Positions 1 through 9,700 of a stretch of 44,708 nt of DNA are shown here, in pieces (within the stretch, counting starts at the first letter, position 1; each line of letters opens with the position of its first letter). The translations under genes were made by a program, and so were the position numbers. This stretch comes from Candidatus Methylomirabilia bacterium. Its GTDB lineage: Bacteria; Methylomirabilota; Methylomirabilia; Rokubacteriales; CSP1-6. The stretch is taken from assembly GCA_041496385.1 (NCBI GenBank), contig JBGQEL010000027.1, forward strand, positions 1-44,708, read 5' to 3'. Below the pieces are notes generated by a model that searched no databases, was not told the origin of the DNA, and saw nothing but the letters and a program-made list of their open reading frames with translations.

Positions 1-406
1 CGATCTCGCGGACGCGCGCACCCAGCGCTTCCTGCTGTGCGGTCAGGGCCTCGCGGCCGGCCGCGTCGAGTCCGCCCGCCTTCGCCTCCTCGAGCGCCTC
101 CTGAATCTCGAACATCTCGGCGAGCAGCTCGGGCGGCGCCTCCGGCTTCGCCGCGCCACCCTCGTTCGTCTCGCGCCCCTCCTCGAGGCGGACGAGGTAC
201 TCGACGCGCGCGATCGGGTCGCGCAGGGCCCGATACGCCGCGTTGAGCCGTGCGGACACCACCAGCACCCGCGCCTGCTCGGCGGGCGGCGCCGCCTGGT
301 GGAAGTCCGGGTGGCAGTGCCGCGAGAGGTCGTAGAAGCGCCGCTGCAGCTCGGCCGTGTCGAGCCGAAGCCGCCGCGGGAGCGCGAAGATCTCGAAGTA
401 GTCCAT
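1..406 (-). CDS. hscB: Fe-S assembly co-chaperone HscB (3' end outside window)
   Basis: Not in the ORF track. Manual translation from ATG at 406 gives MDYFEIFALPRRLRLDTAELQRRFYDLSRHCHPDFHQ, a J-domain with the HPD motif, directly downstream of iscA. Confidence 0.9.
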   Translation of the reverse strand, partial: MDYFEIFALPRRLRLDTAELQRRFYDLSRHCHPDFHQAAPPAEQARVLVVSARLNAAYRALRDPIARVEYLVRLEEGRETNEGGAAKPEAPPELLAEMFEIQEALEEAKAGGLDAAGREALTAQQEALGARVREI

Positions 407-430
407 GACGCTCGCCGAGCTCCTCAAAAT

Positions 431-460
431 GAGAACGGGCCCCCCGCGGGGCCCGTTCTC
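431..460 (-). terminator. Intercistronic hairpin / possible intrinsic terminator between iscA and hscB
   Basis: Perfect 13-bp inverted repeat GAGAACGGGCCCC-ccgc-GGGGCCCGTTCTC, followed on the minus strand by ATTTT. Confidence 0.6.
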
Positions 461-479
461 GGTCGTTCGGTCACCCCGG

Positions 480-809
480 CTACGCCGTGAAGGACGTGCC
501 GCATCCACAGCTCGACTTGGCCTGCGGGTTGACGAACGTGAAGCCTCCCGTCAGCCCCTGCTGGACGTAGTCGAGCGTCGTGCCGTTCAGGTAGATGTAG
601 CTTTTCTTGTCCACCACGACCTTGATGCCGTCGATCTCGAACTCCTTGTCGTGCGGCCCCTTCTCGCTGTCGAACTCGAGCGCGTACGAGAGCCCGGAGC
701 ACCCGCCCCCCTTCACGCCCATGCGGAGGAAGACGGTATCGGGCAGGTGCTGGGCCTGCTTGAGTTCCTTGACCTGCTTGGCCGCGGCCTCGGACAACGT
801 GACTGCCAT
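480..809 (-). CDS. iscA: Iron-sulfur cluster assembly accessory protein (A-type carrier)
   Basis: GGGCSG and CGCGTSF motifs; isc operon position. Confidence 0.95.
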   Translation of the reverse strand: MAVTLSEAAAKQVKELKQAQHLPDTVFLRMGVKGGGCSGLSYALEFDSEKGPHDKEFEIDGIKVVVDKKSYIYLNGTTLDYVQQGLTGGFTFVNPQAKSSCGCGTSFTA

Positions 810-828
810 GGAGCCTCGCCTCCCCTTC

Positions 829-1242
829 CTACTTCGAGTCGGCCGCCGCGCCCTCGGCGGCAGCCCACTTTTCCTTGTAGTCCGCCAGCGCCGCCTTGAT
901 CGCGTCCTCGGCGAGCACCGAGCAGTGGATCTTCACCGGCGGCAGCTTCAGCTCGTTCACGATGTCGGTGTTCTTGATCTTGGCGGCCTCGTCGACCGTC
1001 TTGCCCTTGAGCCACTCGGTCGCCAGGCTCGAGGAAGCGATCGCGCTGCCGCACCCGAACGTCTTGAACTTCGCGTCCTCGATCATGCCCGTCTCGAGAT
1101 TCACCTTGATCTGAAGCTTCATGACGTCGCCGCACTCCGGCGCGCCCACGAGTCCCGTCCCGATGCCGGGCGTGTCCTTGGTGAACGACCCGACGTTGCG
1201 CGGGTTGTTGTAGTGATCGACGACCTTGTCGCTGTACGCCAT
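829..1242 (-). CDS. iscU: Fe-S cluster scaffold IscU
   Basis: GAPECGDVM, FGCGSAIA and LPPVKIHC motifs (three Cys plus the HscA-binding LPPVK). Confidence 0.97.
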   Translation of the reverse strand: MAYSDKVVDHYNNPRNVGSFTKDTPGIGTGLVGAPECGDVMKLQIKVNLETGMIEDAKFKTFGCGSAIASSSLATEWLKGKTVDEAAKIKNTDIVNELKLPPVKIHCSVLAEDAIKAALADYKEKWAAAEGAAADSK

Positions 1243-1253
1243 GCCCGTCCTCC

Positions 1254-2480
1254 TTACTCAGCCTTCCAATGGATGGACTTGATGTCGACGCCTTCCTTGG
1301 CGAGCTCGTAGAGCGGCGACATGTCCCGCAGCCGCATCACGACCTCGATCGTCCGCTTCGCGACGTGATCAACTTCCTCCTCCGTGTTGAAGCGGTGGAG
1401 GCTGAACCGGATGGACGAGTGGGCCAGCTCCGCGCTCGCGCCGAGCGCCGCGATCACGTACGAGGGCTCGAGCGTCGACGAGGTGCAGGCGGAGCCCGAA
1501 GAGAGCGCCGTCTCCTTGTTGAGTCCCATCAGGAGCGACTCGCCCTCGACGTAGGCGAAGGAAATGTTCAGATTCTGCGGGAGGCGCCGCTCGGGATGCC
1601 CGTTCAGGAACGCCTCGTCCACCTTCGACAGGATCGCGTCCTGGAGCCGGTCCCGCAGCGCCGCGAGGCGCCGGCTCTCCTCGGGCATCAGCTCGCCGCA
1701 GAGCTCCGCGGCACGGCCGAAGGCGACGATGAGCGGCACCGGGAGCGTGCCCGGCCGCATGCCGCGCTCGTGGCCGCCGCCGTCGAGGAGCGGCGCGAGG
1801 CGCACGCGCGGTGCCTTGCGCCGCACGTAGAGCGCGCCCACGCCCTTCGGCCCGTAGATCAGATGCGAGGTGCACGAGAGCAGGTCGATGCCCATCGCCT
1901 CCACGTCCACCGGGATCTTGCCGACCGCCTGCGTCGCGTCGGTGTGGAAGAGAACACCCTTCTCCTTGGCGAGCCTGCCGATCGCGGCGACGTCCTGGAT
2001 CGTGCCGATCTCGTTGTTGGCGAACATGACGGAGATCAGGATCGTCTTGTCGGTCAGCGCCCGGCGGATGGCCTCGACGTCGACGAGACCGTCGGGCCCG
2101 ACGGGGACGTAGGTGACCTCGAAGCCCTGCCGCTCGAGCCGCTTGCAGACATCGAGGCCTGCGCGCTGCTCGATGACGGTCGTGACGATGTGGTTACCCT
2201 TCTCGCGGTACATCTCGGCGACACCCTTCATCGCCAGGTTGATGGCCTCGGTCCCGCCCGACGTGAAGACGAGCTCCTTGGGATCGCGGGCGCCGATGAG
2301 CTTGGCGATCTGGCCGCGCGCGGTATCGACGGCGGCCTCGGCTTCCCAGCCGAACGGGTGGTTGCGGCTCGCCGGATGACCGAACTTCTCCGTGAAGTAG
2401 GGCAGCATCGCGTCCACGACCCGCGGGTCCGCCGGGGTCGTCGACTGCGCGTCCATGAAGATCGGAAACTTCAGGGCCAT
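1254..2480 (-). CDS. iscS: IscS-family cysteine desulfurase homologue with atypical active site
   Basis: NNEIG, DATQ, YGPKG, GGGHERG and SSGSAC(332) motifs; PLP Lys position is Leu207 and the stacking His is Gln105. Confidence 0.92.
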   Translation of the reverse strand: MALKFPIFMDAQSTTPADPRVVDAMLPYFTEKFGHPASRNHPFGWEAEAAVDTARGQIAKLIGARDPKELVFTSGGTEAINLAMKGVAEMYREKGNHIVTTVIEQRAGLDVCKRLERQGFEVTYVPVGPDGLVDVEAIRRALTDKTILISVMFANNEIGTIQDVAAIGRLAKEKGVLFHTDATQAVGKIPVDVEAMGIDLLSCTSHLIYGPKGVGALYVRRKAPRVRLAPLLDGGGHERGMRPGTLPVPLIVAFGRAAELCGELMPEESRRLAALRDRLQDAILSKVDEAFLNGHPERRLPQNLNISFAYVEGESLLMGLNKETALSSGSACTSSTLEPSYVIAALGASAELAHSSIRFSLHRFNTEEEVDHVAKRTIEVVMRLRDMSPLYELAKEGVDIKSIHWKAE

Positions 2481-2520
2481 GACTCGGGCCTCCTCTACCG
2501 CCGCTCGGCTCGCACTGCCG

Positions 2521-2952
2521 TCACGCTCGAATCGAGAGCATCTCGGGAATGTCGTCGCTCGTCAGCTCGGCCAGGCTCATCGTGTCGAGCATCTGGCTGA
2601 TCGCCGCCTGGAGCTTCTGCACCGGCCTTTTCAGGTTGCAGCGCTGCTCCTGCGGACATCCGCCGTGGTCCAGGCAGCTCACGATGCTGATCGGGCCCTC
2701 GAGCGCGCGGACCACCTCGCCCACGGAGATCTCGTTCGGATGGCGGGCGAGGACGTAGCCACCCTTGGGACCGTTCTGGCTGACGATCAGACCGCGCTTC
2801 GCGAGGCGCTGAAGGACCTTGGCGAGAAGCTCGGGTGGGATGCCGAACTCTTCGGCGATCCGCTTGCCGCTCACCGTGCCGACGCTGTCGTGGACGGCGA
2901 TATAATGAATCGCCATCAACCCATAATCGGCGCGCTTGGTGAATCTGAGCAT
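2521..2952 (-). CDS. iscR: Rrf2-family transcriptional regulator (IscR-like, three Cys)
   Basis: Rrf2 wHTH with GPKGGY, C-x5-C-x5-C near the C-terminus; first gene of the isc operon. Confidence 0.85.
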   Translation of the reverse strand: MLRFTKRADYGLMAIHYIAVHDSVGTVSGKRIAEEFGIPPELLAKVLQRLAKRGLIVSQNGPKGGYVLARHPNEISVGEVVRALEGPISIVSCLDHGGCPQEQRCNLKRPVQKLQAAISQMLDTMSLAELTSDDIPEMLSIRA

Positions 2953-2990
2953 TGTCCTCGCTAACCTCTTTGTTACCTTCCTTGTTAGTG

Positions 2991-3023
2991 GCGACCCAAT
3001 CTATCGGCGACCTATCTGGTCGG
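2991..3023. promoter_or_regulatory. Tandem Rrf2/IscR-type operator sites
   Basis: Two 17-bp imperfect palindromes, GCGACCCAATCTATCGG (2991-3007) and GCGACCTATCTGGTCGG (3007-3023), just downstream of the predicted isc promoter. Confidence 0.6.
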
Positions 3024-3052
3024 AGTTTGACACCCCCGAGGGGGTCTGTCAA
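3024..3052 (-). promoter_or_regulatory. sigma70-type promoter of the isc operon
   Basis: Minus strand TTGACA (3052-3047), 17-bp spacer ending in TGt, then CAAACT (3029-3024). An opposing TTGACA lies on the plus strand at 3027-3032. Confidence 0.55.
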
Positions 3053-3066
3053 GGGAAAGAACCGAG

Positions 3067-4329
3067 ATGACAGAGAAATCTGAGTTCGACTCCCATATGT
3101 TCCGCACGGCTCTGGCCCAGCTGGACCGGGTCGCGGCCAAATTGAATCTGGAGCCGGAGGTCCACGAGCGCCTGCGACTCCCGCGTCGAGCCCTGGTGGT
3201 CTCGATCCCGGTCAGGATGGACGACGGCGGCACCAAGGTGTTCCTCGGCTACAGGGTGCACCACAGCACGGTCCTCGGCCCGACCAAGGGCGGCCTGCGC
3301 TACGACAAGGACGTCAGCCTGGGCGAGGTCACGGCGCTGGCCATGCTGATGAGCTGGAAGTGCGCCCTGATGGGCCTTCCCTACGGGGGAGCCAAGGGCG
3401 GGGTCACCGTGAATCCGCGCGAGCTGTCCAAGCGGGAGCTGGAGCACCTCACCCGCCGTTACACGACCGAGATCATCCTGCTGATCGGTCCCGACCTCGA
3501 CATTCCCGCGCCGGACCTCGGCACGGACGAGCAAACCATGGCCTGGATGATGGACACCTACTCCATGACCCAGGGCAAGAGCGTCCCCGGCGTCGTCACG
3601 GGCAAGCCGCTCATCGTCGGCGGCTCCGCGGGCCGCCGCGAGGCCACCGGCCGCGGCATCGTCTACGCGCTCTACCAGGCGGTCCGCCACCTCGGCATGG
3701 AGCTCAAGGGGCGGAAGGTCGTCGTGCAGGGCTTCGGCAACGTCGGCGCCGTCGCCGCGCGCCTGCTCTGGCGCGAGGGGGCGGTCATCGCGGGCGTGAG
3801 CGACGTCAAGGGCGGGATCTGGAACCCGAGCGGGATCGACGTGCGCCAGCTCGAGGCGCACGTCGCCGAGAGCGGGGGTGTCGTCGGTTTTCCCGGCACC
3901 GATCTCGTCTCCAACGCCGACCTGCTCGAGCAACCCTGCGACATCCTCATTCCCGCGGCGACCGGAGGCCAGATCCGCGAGGACAATGCCGACCGGATCA
4001 AGGCGTCGGTCGTCGCCGAGGGCGCGAACGGTCCCACGACGCCCGAGGGCGACACGATCCTGCGCGACCGCGGCGTCACGGTGATTCCCGACATCCTCGC
4101 CAACGCGGGGGGCGTGATCGTGTCCTACTTCGAATGGGTGCAGGGCCTCCAGTACTACTTCTGGCGCGAGAGCGAGATCACCGCGCGGCTCCAGGAGGTG
4201 ATGACGCGCGCGTTCAATCGCGTCTGGACGCTCGGCGAGAAGGAGGGCACGGATCTCCGGACAGCCGCGCTCATGGAGGGGATCGGCCGGGTGGCGGAGG
4301 GGTACAGGGTCCGGGGACTCTATCCCTGA
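3067..4329 (+). CDS. gdhA: Glu/Leu/Phe/Val dehydrogenase (glutamate dehydrogenase type)
   Basis: KGGLR, MSWKCA, GGAKGG, DIPAPD, VQGFGNVG, EGANGP and NAGGV motifs. Confidence 0.93.
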   Translation: MTEKSEFDSHMFRTALAQLDRVAAKLNLEPEVHERLRLPRRALVVSIPVRMDDGGTKVFLGYRVHHSTVLGPTKGGLRYDKDVSLGEVTALAMLMSWKCALMGLPYGGAKGGVTVNPRELSKRELEHLTRRYTTEIILLIGPDLDIPAPDLGTDEQTMAWMMDTYSMTQGKSVPGVVTGKPLIVGGSAGRREATGRGIVYALYQAVRHLGMELKGRKVVVQGFGNVGAVAARLLWREGAVIAGVSDVKGGIWNPSGIDVRQLEAHVAESGGVVGFPGTDLVSNADLLEQPCDILIPAATGGQIREDNADRIKASVVAEGANGPTTPEGDTILRDRGVTVIPDILANAGGVIVSYFEWVQGLQYYFWRESEITARLQEVMTRAFNRVWTLGEKEGTDLRTAALMEGIGRVAEGYRVRGLYP

Positions 4330-5327
4330 GACGGCTCGGGAGCGCCGCCGGACCACGCCCGCCGGAGGTCCGCCGCGGAGACCTCGGGCGCCGCCTCGTT
4401 CACGAAGATCCCGCCCACGCGGTTGGCGCGCTCGGGCTGCGCGACGATCTCGATGTGCCAGTGGTAGTCGTCTCGGATCGTCGCCCAGTCCCCCTGCAGG
4501 ATGCGCGACCGGAGGTTCGGCGCCGTGTGGAGCACCATCTCGTAGCCCGGATCGCCGAAGCCGCGCGCCAGCACGCGGAAGTACTCGGCGAGGAGCCGCG
4601 CCAGGTCCCGTGCGCTCTCGGGGCCGAGGGTGTCCTCGTAGGAGCACGCGTGCTGGCGCGGGAGGATCCAGGTCTCGAGCGGCGTGCGTGCGGCGTAGGG
4701 CACGATCGCGGCGAAGAACGGCGTGAGCCGCACGACGCGCACCTCGGCGCCGATCTCCTGACGCAGCATGTCGCAGTAGAGACAGCGGCGCTTGTACTGG
4801 TAATACTCGCGCGCCTCGCGGAGCTCGCGTCGCGTCTCGTCGAAGACGATCGGGATCGCCGTCACGCGCGAGTACGGGTGGTGCGGCGCCACGCCGGGTT
4901 TCTTGTGGCGTCGCGAGATCAGGATGTCCCGGATCTGGCCGTCGCGCTTGAGGTCGACGAGGCGGTCGCGATACATCCAGAGCACCCGCTCGAGCGCCTC
5001 CGGCGCCATCGTCGCGAACGTGTCGGCGTGGCGTGGGGACTCGAGGATCAGCTCGGAGGCGCCGCGCGGCGTGATCATGTCGAACATCCCCACGCCCTCG
5101 CGCACCAGCTCCCACTCGATGCGGAAGTACGCGTCGCCCTCCGGCACCACGCGGACGGACCAGCCTCCGCCGTTCGGCGAGCCCTCCTCGCGGTAGGCCG
5201 CGATCTCCGGCCCGGCGAGATGCTCGGCGCCGGGGCAGTAGGGGCAGTCGGTCGTCTGCGGAGGCTTGGCCTTGGGCCGCACGAGGACCCAGTGGCTCCG
5301 CGTAGGGTCCTTTCTCAGCTCGTCCAC
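4320..5327 (-). CDS. GalT-like (HIT superfamily) nucleotidyltransferase homologue with degenerate catalytic motif
   Basis: ELRKDP...W, CPYCPG, CLYCD and YHWHIEI motifs; HPHSQ is replaced by HPYSR. GTG start. Confidence 0.8.
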   Translation of the reverse strand: MDELRKDPTRSHWVLVRPKAKPPQTTDCPYCPGAEHLAGPEIAAYREEGSPNGGGWSVRVVPEGDAYFRIEWELVREGVGMFDMITPRGASELILESPRHADTFATMAPEALERVLWMYRDRLVDLKRDGQIRDILISRRHKKPGVAPHHPYSRVTAIPIVFDETRRELREAREYYQYKRRCLYCDMLRQEIGAEVRVVRLTPFFAAIVPYAARTPLETWILPRQHACSYEDTLGPESARDLARLLAEYFRVLARGFGDPGYEMVLHTAPNLRSRILQGDWATIRDDYHWHIEIVAQPERANRVGGIFVNEAAPEVSAADLRRAWSGGAPEPSQG

Positions 5328-5425
5328 GCGACGCTCCCGGAGCGACGGACCGATCGTGGCATGCCACGTATGATACCCGTGGCCGCGCGCGCGTCCGTCA
5401 CAAGATTCGCGTGGAGGCCGCTCGG

Positions 5426-6772
5426 CTACTCCTTGACCTGCCCCTTCAGCTTCTTGAGGTGCTGCCGGGCGACGTCCACCCAGTCCTTCTCCGACTGCAG
5501 CGGAGAGGCGAGCTGGATGTAGCGCTCCCAGTGGGCGATCGCCTCGCGCGGATCGACCTTCTCGTACACCAGCGCCAGGTTGTAGAGCGCGCCGGTGTGC
5601 TTGGCGTCGGCCTCGATGACCCGCTTGTATTCTTCGATGGCCTCCTTGTAGAGCCCTTTCTCCTCGTAGACTTCGCCGAGGCCCATGCGCGCCTCGACGA
5701 GCTGCGGATCGAATTCGATAGCCTTCTTGTAGGCATTGACGGATTCGTAGTAGAGGCTCTTCTCGGCGTAGTAGATCTTGCCGAGACTCATGTGGACCCG
5801 CGGGTTCACCGGGTTGAAGACGAGCGCCTTCTGGTACGAGCTGATCGCCCCGTCGACCTCGCCCTTCGCGGCCCGAGCGTCACCGAGCCCGACGTAGGCG
5901 TCGGCGAAGAACGGGCGCAGCTCGATCGCCTTGCTGTAGGCCTCGACCGCCTGGTCGAAGAGCCGGCGCGGCGCGGCCAGGAAGAGGTCGCCGAGAGCCT
6001 TGTACGGCTCCGGATAGGCGGCGTCGAGCTGGGTCGCGGCGCGATACTGCGCGGCGGCTTTCCAGCGGTTGCCGAGGGTCTGGTGGACGGCGCCGAGCAT
6101 GTACTGCGCCACGGCGAAGTTCGGGTCGGCCTCGATCGCCCGGGCGAGCAGATCCACCGCGGCCTCGTTCCCCTCCTGGCTGCCGCGCTGCGTGGCCGCC
6201 TGGCCACGCGCGTACAGCTCGAAGGCGCGCAGTGACTTCGTCGGCCGCGCCGCGCGGTCGATCCGCGCCGCGTCCGCGTCCGTCAACGGGACGCGGAGGG
6301 CCCTCGCGTAGGCCAGCGGGATGCCGGAGAGCCGGGCGAGGAGCTCGCCCTCGGGCGCCGCGACGGGCTCGAGCGCGGTCACGTCGCCCCCCGTGCCCTT
6401 GACCTCGAGCAGCCGCCCCAGCACGACGTAGTCGGCGTCGCGCCGCTCGATGCGACCGAAGACGACCGCCTCGGCGCGCGCGTCTCGCGCGAGGGGAAGC
6501 ACGGCGGCCTCGCTCAGCGCCTCCGGCGGTCCGGGGGTCCGGAGGCGCGCGCGGTCGATCTGCACGAGGGCCGAGTGCTGGGCCAGCCCGAGCGCGACCA
6601 GCTGGGCGACTCCCTCGCCGAGCCACTGCTCCTCTCGCCCGAGCGCCGATGCGTCGAAGGGCAGGATGAGGAGCGCACGCGGCTTGGCGTTCGCCGACGC
6701 CGCGCCGGTCGTGAGGAAGACCGCGAGTGCCAGAAGCCCGAGCCGGGACCGCCGTCCGAGTCCGCTCATCAT
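5426..6772 (-). CDS. Exported TPR-repeat protein with N-terminal TolB-N/CsgG-like domain
   Basis: Signal peptide (RRSRLGLLALAVFLTTGAASA), LLILPFD...WLGEG segment and several TPR repeats. ATG at 6772 overlaps the upstream TGA (ATGA). Confidence 0.8.
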   Translation of the reverse strand: MMSGLGRRSRLGLLALAVFLTTGAASANAKPRALLILPFDASALGREEQWLGEGVAQLVALGLAQHSALVQIDRARLRTPGPPEALSEAAVLPLARDARAEAVVFGRIERRDADYVVLGRLLEVKGTGGDVTALEPVAAPEGELLARLSGIPLAYARALRVPLTDADAARIDRAARPTKSLRAFELYARGQAATQRGSQEGNEAAVDLLARAIEADPNFAVAQYMLGAVHQTLGNRWKAAAQYRAATQLDAAYPEPYKALGDLFLAAPRRLFDQAVEAYSKAIELRPFFADAYVGLGDARAAKGEVDGAISSYQKALVFNPVNPRVHMSLGKIYYAEKSLYYESVNAYKKAIEFDPQLVEARMGLGEVYEEKGLYKEAIEEYKRVIEADAKHTGALYNLALVYEKVDPREAIAHWERYIQLASPLQSEKDWVDVARQHLKKLKGQVKE

Positions 6773-9700
6773 GAGACCTCCTTCTGGCCGCCTCGCCGGC
6801 GAAGGCGCGCGCCGATTCCGCTGAACGCGCCGGGCCCGATCCGCCGCAGCGCGATCTCCGGAATCAGCAGCGCCGCCACCAGAGAGACCAGCCACGGCCA
6901 GATCTCGACCGCGATGCGTGACTGCCGCCGGCCCTTGAGGAACGCGTCGCGCGGCGCCTCGAGCGCGCTGCCGCCCGTCAGCTCCGCCAGCTCCCGGAGC
7001 AGCGTCTCGTCCACGCCGAGGTCGCGCAGCTCCTGCGCGTAGGGCACCACGAGGCCTGCGAGCTGGGAGCCGATGACCCGGTCGGCGCGCCGCTGCGACA
7101 TTCCGACGAGGTACACGCCCTCCTGGGACGCGGGGAACCGCCCGCGATAGCGCCCGGGCCCCACCTGCTCCAGGTCGATCACCGTCCGCTCGCGGTTGGG
7201 CGCGACCACGCCGACCTGGGAGTCGAGGAAGTTGATGAAGTCACCCTTGGCGTCCACGGCGTCCACGGTGATCTCGCCGACATTGTCGCGCCGCTCGACG
7301 AGCGCGACGGTGTCACTACGCGTCCCGCTCCGCAGCGTCCAGCGGACGAGCTGCGACCAGAATTTGTTGAAGTCCCGCCAGCGGAGCCAGAGGACGCCCC
7401 ACTTCGCCTTGGCGTCCGACGTGAACGCGGCCGAGCGCCCGAGGCCGTAGCGCCAGGTCGCGAGGACCGGGTCCTCCTGATGGCTCATGAGCACGAGCTC
7501 GGCCGTGGACTTGAGCGTCGTCGCGACGTAGCCGCCGAGCGGCGGCACGTTCTTCCAGTCGATCTCCTGCATCGCCTCGTGGTTCGGCGACGTCAGCTGG
7601 GGCTTGAAGGGCTGCTCGATGAGCGACGCCTTCGAGGCGAGCTGCGTCTCGAGCGTGAAGATCCGCGGAATCGTCTGCGAGTCCTCGGTGTAGTAGAAGC
7701 GGCCCCTCCCCCACTTGGCGATGTCCACCATGAGCTGGACGTCCGCGTCCTTGCCGATCGCGACGGTGGACACGGTGATCTTGTCCTTCGCCATCCGGCG
7801 CAGCAACCCCTGGAAGTCGCCGCGCGTCATCTGGCCGTCGGAGAGGAAGATGACGTGCTTGAGCAGCGCGGGCCGCTCGAAGAGCACCGAGTACGACTCC
7901 TTGAGCGCCGGGTAACCGTCGGTGCCGCCGCCCGCCTTGATCGTGGCGATGGCGTGGTGGATCGCCTGCCGGTCCTTGGCCGTGCGCACCGAGGCGTCCC
8001 AGATGAACTCGGTGTCCCAGCTCATGACGCCGACCTCGTTGCGCTCGTCGAGCAGGTCCACGACGAGGTGGGCGGCCTCCTTGGCGAGGTCGAGCTTGGT
8101 CACCTTCTCGTCCGTCGACATCGCCATGGAGCCCGACCGGTCGATCGAGAGCACGACGGCGAGGCTCGGGATCTCGACCTTCTGCTTGACCTCCATCGTG
8201 ACCGGCAGCGCCTCCTCGACCGGCGTCCGGTAGTAGCCGCCGAGGCCGAAGCTCTCCTCGCCGCCGAGCATCACCAGCCCGCCGCCGTGGTCGCGCACGT
8301 AGTCGCGGATGTAGCCCATCTGGGCGCGCGTGAGCTTGAGCGAGGAGACGTTCGACAGCACGATGCCGTCGTACTTCTGGAGACCCGCGAGGTCGGCCGG
8401 GACCCCGCCGGGCTCGACGACCGTGACCTCGATGTTCTGCGACCGGAGCGCGCCGGCGATCGATTGCGCGTGGGTCCTGTCCTTCTCGGCGAGGAGCACC
8501 TGCGGCCGGCCGCGGACGACGACGGTGCCGACCGCGCGGTTGTTCTCCTCGATCGTGTCGCCTTCCACCTCGATCGCCGCCTGGTAGACGTGGATGCCGC
8601 TCGCGTCGAGCGCCTGGCGGTAGCTGAAGACGTTCTTGCCCGCGGCGAGCCGTATCAGCTGCGAGCCGAGGAACTCGCCGTTCCGGAAGAGCGAGAGCCG
8701 GCCCTGCGTCTCCCTGTGACTCCACGCCACGACCCTCGCCTGGAACGGCTCGCCGTACTTGACCTCCTGGGGCAGGACGAGCGCCTCGGCGACGACCTCC
8801 TGCGTGAAGGTCAGCGGCGCCGCGACGTAGTGGAGATCGGCGCCGGCGTCCTTCGCCGCCTGCGCGCCGGCGAGGGCGTTGCCCTGATTCTGGCGGCCGT
8901 CGGTGAGCATGACGATCCGGTTGGCCTGGCCCGGCGGCACCATCGCCAGGGCGAGCTGGATCGCCTGGAAGATGTTGGTCCCGCGGCCGTCCACCTGGGC
9001 CTTCGGCCGGTCGACGACGGTCTTGTTCGCGAGCGCCTGGTCGACCACGGCAGACTCGCCGAACACGATCACGCTCTGGCGGTCGCCGCTCTTCATCGCG
9101 CGGGCGGCCTCGGCAACGAAGCGATAGGCGCGCTCGCGGGCCGCCAGGCTCACGCTGTCGGACATGTCGAGGAGGAAGACGACGTTCATCCGGTCCACCC
9201 AGCGCGGCACGGTCGGCCGGACCAGCGTGAGCACGAGCACCGCCACGAGCGCGCCGCGCATCGCGAGGGCCCAGCGGTCGCCCGTCCCCCGGGGCGCGCG
9301 CAGGCGGCCGGCGGTCTGCCGCCGCCAGTAGAGCAGCCCTTCCGCGACCAGGAGCGCCGCGGCGATGGCCACGAAGAGCGGCCAGAGCTCGCGCTGGATC
9401 GGCACCGGCGCCGGCGGCCCGGCGGCGACGCCGGCGGCCACCGGCAGCGGCCGGGGCTCGAGGTTCGACTCGTCGGCATCCATCAGGTTGACGGCGACGC
9501 GGGTCTCGCCGCGCGCCGTCGCGAGCAGGTAGACGCCGACCTCGTCCGTCTCCGTGAAGCTCACGACGCCCCGTGTGACCGGGGCCTTGACGCTGCGCCC
9601 GCTCGGGGTCGTCACGGTCACGCTCGTCACGCCGTGGGCGACCGGCAGGAGGATCGGCTGGCCCGTGGCGAGCTGCAGGCTCGACTGGTCGAGGCCCGCG

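Noticed and set aside
3049..5367. 772-aa antisense ORF over the dehydrogenase and GalT-like genes
   Set aside because: Shadow ORF of high-GC coding DNA; the real genes carry clear family motifs.
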